From Arenimonas sp. (lineage in GTDB: Bacteria > Pseudomonadota > Gammaproteobacteria > Xanthomonadales > Xanthomonadaceae): DNA of 64,000 nucleotides. The stretch is taken from the NCBI GenBank assembly GCA_026398695.1, contig JAPLSJ010000032.1, positions 11,271 to 75,270 on the forward strand, read 5' to 3'. Both the position numbers and the translations under genes were made by a program. This document shows positions 20,912-29,044 of this stretch, piece after piece. The notes below the pieces were generated by a model. That model was not told the DNA's origin, did no database searches, and saw nothing but the letters and a program-made list of their open reading frames with translations. Position 1 is the stretch's first letter, and each line of letters opens with the position of its first letter.

Positions 20912-21460
20912 ATGGTCAAGCCGGATGACGAAGCGGCAAGAAGGCTGTTTGGTGCGTCCCTGGACGCGCTGGATGAAACGGCCCGCAAGGTGGCCCGGCA
21001 CATCGCCGGGCGCAAGCACATCGCCCGCGACACCAGCCTGGACGAGCGCGACGGATCGAGCTTCGGCGACCGCGCGGCCGACGCGGTGGCGTCGTTCGGC
21101 GGATCCTGGCCCTTCATCTTCCTGTTTTTCGCCGTGCTTGCCGCCTGGATCGGCATCAATGCGGTGCTGCTGGCGAAGTCCGGCAGCACCTTCGACCCCT
21201 ACCCCTACATCCTGCTCAACCTGTGCCTGTCCATGCTCGCGGCCATCCAGGCCCCGATCATCCTGATGTCACAGAACCGCCAGGCCGAGAAGGACCGCCG
21301 CAACGCGCTCCACGACTACGAGGTCAACCTCAAGGCCGAAATCGAGATCATGCTGCTGCACGAGAAGATGGACCTGATGCGCGGCCAGCAGTGGAACGAC
21401 CTGGTGGCCCTGCAGAACCGCCAGTTGGAGCTGCTCGAACGCCTCGCCCCGCGCCCGTAG
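20912..21460 (+). CDS. DUF1003 membrane protein
   Basis: FGGSWPFI, FDPYPYILLNL, QAPIILMSQNRQ; GGAGG RBS. Confidence 0.9.
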   Translation: MVKPDDEAARRLFGASLDALDETARKVARHIAGRKHIARDTSLDERDGSSFGDRAADAVASFGGSWPFIFLFFAVLAAWIGINAVLLAKSGSTFDPYPYILLNLCLSMLAAIQAPIILMSQNRQAEKDRRNALHDYEVNLKAEIEIMLLHEKMDLMRGQQWNDLVALQNRQLELLERLAPRP

Positions 21461-21482
21461 CCCACCCTTTTCCGGGGTGGGC
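21460..21482. terminator. Hairpin between convergent DUF1003 and ABC permease genes
   Basis: GCCCACCC/GGGTGGGC inverted repeat in a ~30-nt convergent gap. Confidence 0.5.
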
Positions 21483-21491
21483 CAATGGGGG

Positions 21492-22715
21492 TTATTCGTA
21501 GCGGAGGGCTTCGATGGGGTCGAGGCTCGCGGCTTTCGAGGCCGGCATGATGCCGAACACCACGCCCACCAGCGCCGAGAAACCCGCGGCGGCCAGGATC
21601 ACCCACAGCGGCACCGATGCCGGCGGGAAGCCCGGGATCAGGCTGGCCACGCCCAGGCCGATGCCGATGCCCAGCACGATGCCGATCAGGCCGCCCAGCA
21701 GCGCCAGCAGGCCGGCCTCGAGCAGGAACTGCACCAGGATGTCCCGCCGCGTCGCGCCCAGCGCCTTGAGGATGCCGATCTCGCGCGTCCGCTCGGTCAC
21801 CGACACCAGCATGATGTTCATGATGCCGATGCCGCCCACCAGCAGCGAGATGCTGACCACGCCGGCCAGCACCGCGGTGGCGGTGGCGGTGATGCTTTCG
21901 AACTGCTTGACGAACGAATCCGCGGCCTCGACCCGGAAGTCGTCTTCCTCGCCAGGCCTGATCTTTCGCGACACGCGGATGGCGCGCTTGGTGCGCTCAC
22001 GCAGCGCCTCCACGTCTTCCAGGCTGACCGCGGTGAACGAGACCGACATGCGCGGCTCGACGTTGTTGCCCGTCATCGCCCGGCCCACGTCGAACGGGAT
22101 CAGCACGATGCTGTCCTGGTTGAAGCCGAAGATCTCGCCGCGCTTCTCCATCACGCCCACGACCTTGAACCACTCGCTGCCGACGCGGATGAACTCGCCG
22201 ATCGGGTCGTCGGGCAGCTCCAGGTCCTCGATCACCTTGGCGCCGATGACGGCCACGCGGCGACGGCCGACGTCGTCGCTGGCGACGATGAAGCGGCCCT
22301 TTTCCGGGTAGTTGCCGCGCACGGCCGGGTACTCGGCGGTGGTGGCCAGCACCTGCGGGCTGGCCGAGCGGCCGCGGTAGCCGGCGGACGCCAAGGGGAT
22401 GAACATCGTCGGCACCACCTGGTCGACGCCGGCCACGCGGTAGCGCAGCGTGTCCACGTCGTTGAAGCTCAGGCGGTTCTCCTTGCCCACGCTGGCCTCG
22501 GAAAACGGCGTGTAGGCCTGCAGCGTCAGCGTGCTGCCACCGAGGTCGGCGAACTGGTCGGAGATGGACTTGGAGAAGCCCTGCACCAGCGACACCACCG
22601 CGATCACCGACGCGGTGCCGATCAGGATGCCCAGCGTGGTGAGGAAGCTGCGCATGCGGTGACCCATCAGGCTGGTCAGCGCGGCGCGGAACGCTTCGAT
22701 GAAGGCGTACATCAA
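21492..22715 (-). CDS. MacB/FtsX-like ABC exporter permease
   Basis: [43 protein letters not shown]. Confidence 0.93.
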   Translation of the reverse strand: MMYAFIEAFRAALTSLMGHRMRSFLTTLGILIGTASVIAVVSLVQGFSKSISDQFADLGGSTLTLQAYTPFSEASVGKENRLSFNDVDTLRYRVAGVDQVVPTMFIPLASAGYRGRSASPQVLATTAEYPAVRGNYPEKGRFIVASDDVGRRRVAVIGAKVIEDLELPDDPIGEFIRVGSEWFKVVGVMEKRGEIFGFNQDSIVLIPFDVGRAMTGNNVEPRMSVSFTAVSLEDVEALRERTKRAIRVSRKIRPGEEDDFRVEAADSFVKQFESITATATAVLAGVVSISLLVGGIGIMNIMLVSVTERTREIGILKALGATRRDILVQFLLEAGLLALLGGLIGIVLGIGIGLGVASLIPGFPPASVPLWVILAAAGFSALVGVVFGIMPASKAASLDPIEALRYE

Positions 22716-23422
22716 TGGCCTCCCGGCACGGTGCCCGGCACGCGGGGCGGGTTGCGGGTGTCCTGGACTATCTTGCCGTCGTTCACGCGCAGGGTGCGCT
22801 CGCAGTAGGCGGCGATGTCCGGTTCGTGCGTCACCACCACCACGGTCTGGCCGCTGCGGTGCACTTCGTCGAACAGCGCCATGATCTCCGCCGACGTGCG
22901 CGAATCCAGGTTGCCCGTGGGTTCGTCGGCCAGAAGGATGGACGGCTTGCCCACCAGCGCCCGCGCCACCGCGACGCGCTGGCGCTGGCCGCCGGAAAGC
23001 TGGTTCGGGCGGTGGCCCAGGCGGTTGCCCAGGCCCACCTTTTCAAGCGCCTCGGTGGCCAGCGCCTTGCGCTCGGCGCGCGGCATGCCGCGATACACCA
23101 GCGGCTGCATCACGTTTTCAAGCACCGTCAGGCGCGGCAGCAGGTGGAAGCTCTGGAACACGAAGCCGATCTCCTGGTTGCGCACCTGGGCCAGCTCGTT
23201 GTCGTTCATGGTGGAGGTGTCGCGGCCGTTGAGCACGTAGGTGCCTTCGCTGGGCGTGTCCAGGCAGCCGATGAGGTTCATCAGCGTGGACTTGCCCGAG
23301 CCCGAAGGCCCGATCAGGGCGACGTACTCGTTGCGGCCGATGTGCAGGTCAACGCCGGCCAGTGCCATCAGCGTCTCCTCGCCCATCACGTAGCGCTTGA
23401 CGATGCCGGTGAGGCGGATCAT
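22712..23422 (-). CDS. MacB/LolD-like ABC ATP-binding protein
   Basis: Walker [32 protein letters not shown]; ATGA overlap with the adaptor gene. Confidence 0.93.
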   Translation of the reverse strand: MIRLTGIVKRYVMGEETLMALAGVDLHIGRNEYVALIGPSGSGKSTLMNLIGCLDTPSEGTYVLNGRDTSTMNDNELAQVRNQEIGFVFQSFHLLPRLTVLENVMQPLVYRGMPRAERKALATEALEKVGLGNRLGHRPNQLSGGQRQRVAVARALVGKPSILLADEPTGNLDSRTSAEIMALFDEVHRSGQTVVVVTHEPDIAAYCERTLRVNDGKIVQDTRNPPRVPGTVPGGH

Positions 23423-24645
23423 TCGTCGGTGACCTCGACCTCGATGTCGCTTTCGTCGGCGGCATCGCTGTCCTTGTCGGACTTCTCTTCGATCTCGCTG
23501 ACGCGCTCGCCTTCCACCAGGCCGCGCACCACCTTGCCCGGCCCGGTGATGACGCGGTCGCCGGCCTTGAGGCCCGACGTGATTTCTTCCCACTTGTCGT
23601 CCGACAGGCCCACTTCCACCGTGACCTTGCGGGCCAGGCCGTCGCGGTCCACCCAGACGAAGCGCGTCGCCTTCTTGGCCTCGTCCACGTCGGTGCCCAC
23701 CGCTTCCACCGGCACGGCCAGCTTGTTGCCGCCGTCGCCGAGGAAGATGTCGGCACGCGCGCTCATGCCCGAACGCAGCGCGATGTCCTTGGGCGCCTCC
23801 AGCAGCGCCGTGACTTCGTACGAGCGGCCCTGGTTCACCAGCGTCGGGGCCAGCGCGATCTGGTGCACCTTGCCCACCAGGGCCAGGTCGGGATAGGCGG
23901 CCGCGTAGACGTTCACGTCCTGGCCCAGCGCGATCTTGGACACGTCGGCCTCGTCCACCATCAGCTCGGCCTGGATGGCCGAGGTGTCGGCGATCTTCAT
24001 CAGCTGCGCGCCGGCGAAGGCGTTGGTGGAGGCGATGGCGGTTTCGCCGACCTTGATCGGCAGCGCCACGATGACGCCGCCGATCGGCGAGCGGATGTCG
24101 GTCTTGCTGAACTGCTCGCGCGCCTCGCCCAGGATGGCGTCGGCGCGGCGCAGGGCCTCTTCGCTGCTCTTGAGCTCAACGCGGGTGAGGTCGCGGGCGT
24201 TGCGCAGGTCGTCGTATTCGCTCTGGCCGATCATCTTGCGTTCGAACAGCTGCGCGCCGCGCGCCAGCTTCTTCTCGGCCAGCGCCAGCGCCAGCCGCTG
24301 GCGCTCGATGCTGATCACGCCCTGGCGCCGGCTGGCCTCTTCGCGCTCGATCGCATTGCGGTAGGTTTCGGGGTCCAGCCGCAGCAGCAGCTGGCCCTCG
24401 ACCACCGTGTCGCCTTCCTTGACCAGGATCTCGCGGACCTTGGCCACCACTTCCGAGGTCAGGTTGACCTCGTTGAGGTAAGCCAGCACGCCCGACGCCA
24501 GGATGGTCGGGCGGATGGCCTGCTCGGAGGCCACCGCCACCGCCACCTGCTTGCTCGAGTCGCCGCGACGGGCTTTGATCACCAGGGCGGTGGCGATCAG
24601 GGCCACGATCGCCAGCGCGACCAGGATCTTCTTGTTGGGCTTCAT
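23419..24645 (-). CDS. MacA-like periplasmic adaptor (membrane fusion) protein
   Basis: N-terminal TM ([11 protein letters not shown]...), VKEGDTV lipoyl halves, coiled coil, IRSPIGG, LRSGMSA; acidic tail. Confidence 0.9.
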   Translation of the reverse strand: MKPNKKILVALAIVALIATALVIKARRGDSSKQVAVAVASEQAIRPTILASGVLAYLNEVNLTSEVVAKVREILVKEGDTVVEGQLLLRLDPETYRNAIEREEASRRQGVISIERQRLALALAEKKLARGAQLFERKMIGQSEYDDLRNARDLTRVELKSSEEALRRADAILGEAREQFSKTDIRSPIGGVIVALPIKVGETAIASTNAFAGAQLMKIADTSAIQAELMVDEADVSKIALGQDVNVYAAAYPDLALVGKVHQIALAPTLVNQGRSYEVTALLEAPKDIALRSGMSARADIFLGDGGNKLAVPVEAVGTDVDEAKKATRFVWVDRDGLARKVTVEVGLSDDKWEEITSGLKAGDRVITGPGKVVRGLVEGERVSEIEEKSDKDSDAADESDIEVEVTDE

Positions 24646-24674
24646 GCGGTTTTCCGGAAATCGAAGAAAGGGGA

Positions 24675-25358
24675 TCAGAACGCAGCGAAGGCCGCCCAGA
24701 TGCCGTAAATGACCAGACTGGGCAGCAGCACGACAACCAGCGCCTGGCCCCAGCCGGTGCGGAACCAGGTCTTCCAGCCCAGCGCGGCGAGGAACCAGAC
24801 CCAGAGGTTGAGCAGGCTGAAGCCCTTGGCCAGCGAGGACCAGGCATTGTCCAACGGCAGCTGCACCAGCAGCGGGTCCACGTTGAGCATCTGCATGGAC
24901 TCGAACGTGCTTTGCGGCGAACTGGTGAAGACCGCCGCCAGGGCGACCACGGCGCCCACCAGCATCGGCATCAAGGACCAGGCGGACAGCGAGACGCCCT
25001 GCCTGAAGGAAACGGCTTGGCCGGCCACCTTGCCCGCCAGCCAGTAATAAAGCCCATACAGGCTGAACATGATGGCGAACACCACCGGCATGGTGCCCGC
25101 CGCGATCCAGCCGGAAGCGCGCGCGCCGGGCATGAACTGCTGCACCTGGGCGATCTCGGCCTTGGTGTTGCCCTGCGCCACCATGGCCGCCACCTGCTGG
25201 GCCGAGAACCACTCCGGGTCCACGGTCTGGAAATAGGCCAGGGCCGAGGCCATGGAGGCACCGACCACGATCAGCGCGGGCACCAGGAAGGTCGGCTTGT
25301 CCTTGAGCTCGGCGAAGGCTTTCCCGGGCTCCAGGAAGATGTTGATCAGGTGCGACAT
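24675..25358 (-). CDS. Yip1 family membrane protein
   Basis: IFLEPGKAFAELKDKP N-terminal motif and about five TM segments; first gene of the exporter operon; GGGGA RBS. Confidence 0.82.
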   Translation of the reverse strand: MSHLINIFLEPGKAFAELKDKPTFLVPALIVVGASMASALAYFQTVDPEWFSAQQVAAMVAQGNTKAEIAQVQQFMPGARASGWIAAGTMPVVFAIMFSLYGLYYWLAGKVAGQAVSFRQGVSLSAWSLMPMLVGAVVALAAVFTSSPQSTFESMQMLNVDPLLVQLPLDNAWSSLAKGFSLLNLWVWFLAALGWKTWFRTGWGQALVVVLLPSLVIYGIWAAFAAF

Positions 25359-25483
25359 GTGTTTCCCCTATATGGCTGGTGGACCGCAGCCGATTCCCTC
25401 GATCGGCGCGTGAATGGTAGGTCATGTGCACGGGGCCGGTATGGCCCAAGAGACAGGGGTGGCGCGCACTCGACAACACCATG

Positions 25484-25510
25484 GACGACCCCACCGCGCC
25501 AAACGTGACA
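25484..25510 (-). promoter_or_regulatory. Candidate ECF-sigma promoter of the Yip1-MacAB operon
   Basis: Minus strand reads TGTCACG-tttggcgcggtggggt(16)-CGTC, about 125 nt before the Yip1 ATG. Confidence 0.5.
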
Positions 25511-25577
25511 AGGCTTGCCTTCACCCGGCCATACGGCGACGGTGGAATCATGGCCGCCCGTCCCCGGAGAGGCCGCC

Positions 25578-26477
25578 ATGCCCGACAAGCCCCGCAAGAC
25601 CGCACAGGATTTCGACCCCGCCGTGATGCGGCTGTTCGACCAGTACGTGCATGGGCTGATTGATCGCCGCGGTTTCCTCAAGGGCACGTCCGGGCTGGCC
25701 ATCAGCGCGGCGGCGGCCACCGGCATGCTGGCGGCGCTGACGCCGGACTTCGCGGCCGCCCAGCAGGTCAAGCCGGACGATGCGCGGCTGAAGGCGGAGT
25801 TCGTGGAGTTCGAGTCACCCGGCGGCCACGGCAAGGGCCGGGGCTACCTGGCGCGGCCCGCGGGCGTCAGCGACCCGCTGCCGCTGGTGCTGGTGGTGCA
25901 TGAGAACCGGGGCCTGAACCCGCACATCGAGGACGTCGCCCGCCGCATCGCGCTGGCCGGCTTCATCGCCTTCGCACCCGACGCGCTTTTCCCGCTGGGT
26001 GGCTACCCGGGCGACGAGGATTCCGCGCGAGCCTTGTTCCAGCAGCTCGACCAGGCCAAGACCCGCGAGGACATGCTGGCCGCGGCGGCCTTCCTCGCCG
26101 GCGTGGAGGGCGGCAATGGCCGCATGGGCGCGATCGGCTTCTGCTACGGCGGCGCCATCGTCAACTTCCTGGCCACGCGCCTGCCCGGGCTCCGGGCCGC
26201 CGTGCCGTTCTATGGCAGTGCGGCGCCGCTGGCCGACGTGGGCAGGATCAAGGCGGAGCTGCTGGTGGTGCTGGCCTCGGGCGACGAGCGCGTCAACGCG
26301 GGCTGGCCCGCCTACGAACAGGCCCTGAAGGCGGCGGGCGTGACCTATCGGCTGCTGCAGCCGGCCGACACGCTGCATGGCTTCAACAACGACACCACGC
26401 CGCGCTACAGCGAGGCGGCGGCGGCCGTGGCCTGGGGCGAAGCCATCGCGCTGTTCAACCGCACGCTGCGGGAATGA
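25578..26477 (+). CDS. Dienelactone hydrolase family protein (YghX-like), Tat substrate
   Basis: YVHGLIDRRGFLK twin-arginine motif, HENRGLNPHIED, GFCYGG nucleophile, HGFNNDTTPRY. Confidence 0.9.
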   Translation: MPDKPRKTAQDFDPAVMRLFDQYVHGLIDRRGFLKGTSGLAISAAAATGMLAALTPDFAAAQQVKPDDARLKAEFVEFESPGGHGKGRGYLARPAGVSDPLPLVLVVHENRGLNPHIEDVARRIALAGFIAFAPDALFPLGGYPGDEDSARALFQQLDQAKTREDMLAAAAFLAGVEGGNGRMGAIGFCYGGAIVNFLATRLPGLRAAVPFYGSAAPLADVGRIKAELLVVLASGDERVNAGWPAYEQALKAAGVTYRLLQPADTLHGFNNDTTPRYSEAAAAVAWGEAIALFNRTLRE

Positions 26478-26547
26478 CGGCTTGCCGGAAACAGCTCAAG
26501 GGCGCGGGCGCCATGCCGGGCCGGGGCTGAGCGTCCCGGGGAACGGC

Positions 26548-26784
26548 TCAGCAGACGCGCAGCAGCGCGTGGTCGCGGTCGGCGGTGTAGCGGCTGTCCA
26601 TGGCGTAACCGCTGCTGCGGCCGTAGCCGGTGCCGAAGTCGCGCTGGCGGTAGCGCGCGGAAAGGCGCACGGGGGTCGGTGCAGCGGAGGTCTCCACGAC
26701 CCGCGGCGCGGCGGCCGGGGCGGGCTGTTCGACCAGGGCCGGGCGGCTCGGGAAAAGGCGGTAGAAGTCGCTGAGGGTCTTCAT
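26548..26784 (-). CDS. Small hypothetical protein (78 aa) with RQRDFGTGYGRSSGY motif
   Basis: GGAG RBS 6 nt before ATG; GC3-biased codons. Confidence 0.7.
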   Translation of the reverse strand: MKTLSDFYRLFPSRPALVEQPAPAAAPRVVETSAAPTPVRLSARYRQRDFGTGYGRSSGYAMDSRYTADRDHALLRVC

Positions 26785-26868
26785 GGGAAGCTCCGTGAGT
26801 TGGTGTGTTGGTAATCTACAACACCTAACCACGCCGGCCATGGGCCGGAAGTCATTCCCTGCCGTTGG

Positions 26869-28155
26869 TCACCCCTGGGCGCCGGCGCGCCGGGCAATTT
26901 CAAGCAGTCGTTGGGCCGAGGCCTGCGCCTCGCGCAGCGCCGGTTCCATCGGATGGCCCGGATGCCGGCGGGCGCAGGCCAGCAGGCGGTCATGGGCGGC
27001 CTGTTCCTGCCCCAGCCGCTCGGCCATCAGCGTGGCCGCGGCCAGCACCACCTCCGGCGCGCGCTCGCTGCCGGGGAAGCGGGCCTCGAAATCCTGGGCC
27101 AGGGAGACCGCCAGCTGGGCCTGGCCGGTCTTCGCGGCCTGGGCCACGAGCCGCGCCACGTCGTCGGGCAGCTCGTGCCGGAACGAGGGGTCGTGCGCCA
27201 GGGTTTCGGTGGCGACGGCCAGGGCACGCTTGTCCTTGCCGGTGGCCAGCAGGCTGCCGATGTATTCGCGCGAATGCTTCACCAGCCGCGGCGTGTCGCC
27301 GGCCGCGACCACGCACTGGCGGTAGCGGTCGTGCACCGGGTCGGAGGCACCGCGGCCGCGGAACATCTGCTGCAGCAGGTCGGCGGCCGCGGCGTGCTGG
27401 CCGTCGCGCGCCAGCGCATCGGCGCCGGCCACGGCCTCGTCCTCCATCGGATTGGCAAGCGTGGCGCGCGGCACCGCGGGCGCAATGTCCAGGCCCAGCG
27501 CGATGTGGTTCTCGTAGATCAGGTAGCCCAGCAGGTGGTAGCCCGCGACCAGGCAGTACAGGCTGACGAAGCCGCCCGGCAGCGTGCCCATGTCGTAGGG
27601 CAGCAGCATCGCGAACGCCACCTGCGCCACCAGCGACAGGGCCACCAGCGCCGCCAGCACCGCCACCGCCGCGAAGTAGCGTGCGCCCAGCCGGCCAATC
27701 AGCGTTGCCCAGGCCAACGGGTTGAGGGCCCGGAGAAGGCTCTGGTCGATCGCCAGCATGATGATGGCGGCCGGCAGCAGCAGCACGGTGAAACCCAGCA
27801 TCACCAGCGCCGGCACCCTGCCCACCCAGACCGCCACCCCGATGATGGCCAGCGAGACCAACACCTGCAGCAGCAGCTGCTTGACCGCCTCGCCGTCGGT
27901 GGCGCCGACGTCATTGCCGCCCAGGGCCTCGAGCCGGCCGTGCGCGGTGTTCACCAGCGCTTCCACCGCCAGCTTGAAACCCATCACCCAGAAGCCCAGC
28001 TCGAAGGCCAGGCCCAGCAGGTTGGGCAGGTGTGCCAGCAGCCTCAGCGCGCACAGCGCCAGCAGCATCCACAGCATCGACGGCGCCGCGGGAAACGCCA
28101 GGATCGCCGGCAGGCGCTGCAGCAGCGGTTGGATCCGGACGGAGGACGGCTTCAT
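26869..28155 (-). CDS. Hypothetical membrane protein: multi-TM N-terminus plus TPR-like C-terminus
   Basis: About six hydrophobic segments (RALNP motif) followed by helical repeats (ARFPGSERAP, RRHPGHP). Confidence 0.75.
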   Translation of the reverse strand: MKPSSVRIQPLLQRLPAILAFPAAPSMLWMLLALCALRLLAHLPNLLGLAFELGFWVMGFKLAVEALVNTAHGRLEALGGNDVGATDGEAVKQLLLQVLVSLAIIGVAVWVGRVPALVMLGFTVLLLPAAIIMLAIDQSLLRALNPLAWATLIGRLGARYFAAVAVLAALVALSLVAQVAFAMLLPYDMGTLPGGFVSLYCLVAGYHLLGYLIYENHIALGLDIAPAVPRATLANPMEDEAVAGADALARDGQHAAAADLLQQMFRGRGASDPVHDRYRQCVVAAGDTPRLVKHSREYIGSLLATGKDKRALAVATETLAHDPSFRHELPDDVARLVAQAAKTGQAQLAVSLAQDFEARFPGSERAPEVVLAAATLMAERLGQEQAAHDRLLACARRHPGHPMEPALREAQASAQRLLEIARRAGAQG

Positions 28156-28243
28156 CGGGCGGGCATGCCTGCGGCGTGGTGAAGGCCGCAGGCTAGGTGC
28201 TGCGATGGTGCCGCGTCAAAGGCGCCCCGCGCCGGCGCGCGCC

Positions 28244-28957
28244 TCAGTCGGCCTGGGCGCGCGGCGACCAGACGATGTTCACCGACGCCAGCGTGTCGGT
28301 GCGCTCGCGGTCGGCGGGCACGTCGGTGTTGTGGCGGGCCTGCAGCGCGGCCTTGAGCGCGAGCGATCGATTGATGCTGACGGCGATGCCGACGTCGTTC
28401 TGTACGAACGTGTTGTCCTGCGCCGACTCCACCAGCAGCGTGCTGTAAAGGCGGGTGCTGTCGGTGACCTGGTGCTGGTAGTCGGCGAAACCGCGCAGCA
28501 GCGCGTCCTGCTCGGACTCACCCGACTCGGCCAGGCTCGCGCGGCGAAGGCCGGGGCCGGCCTCGAGCAGCAGCACGCGCTTGTCGTCCTTGAACGCCTC
28601 GATGCCGTAGTTCACGGCCAGCGTGGCCTGGTAGCGATACGCGGAGAAGTCGTCGTCCTCGTAGCGGGACACGCCGCCCAGGTAGCTGCGCTCGCCCAGT
28701 TTGCGCGCGGCCTTGGCGCCGAACTCGGCGCGATTGGCGGTCAGCTCGTCGCTCGATTCGGCGCGCAGCGCGGCCAGGTAGTAGTCGTGGGTCCAGGCCT
28801 CGTCTTCGCCGCTGAGGGCGAACTTGCCGTTCACGCTGGTGGTGTCGGAGTTGCCGGTGGTGTTCACCACGCCCAGCTCGGCGGTGGGCTGCCACTGGGC
28901 CTGTGCGGACAGGGGCAGGCCGGCCAGGAGCGACAGGGCAAGGAGGGTGCGGATCAT
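28244..28957 (-). CDS. DUF481 / YdiY-like outer membrane beta-barrel protein
   Basis: Signal peptide, ELGVVNTTGNSDT, LEAGPG, alternating beta-strand pattern. Confidence 0.85.
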   Translation of the reverse strand: MIRTLLALSLLAGLPLSAQAQWQPTAELGVVNTTGNSDTTSVNGKFALSGEDEAWTHDYYLAALRAESSDELTANRAEFGAKAARKLGERSYLGGVSRYEDDDFSAYRYQATLAVNYGIEAFKDDKRVLLLEAGPGLRRASLAESGESEQDALLRGFADYQHQVTDSTRLYSTLLVESAQDNTFVQNDVGIAVSINRSLALKAALQARHNTDVPADRERTDTLASVNIVWSPRAQAD

Positions 28958-29044
28958 GGTGGGTGGTTTCCGTGCGGCATGTCGGTACGCCATTGAACCA
29001 AGCCGCGCATGAACGTTGGCCAAGCCGCGCGCCCTCGCGGGGCG

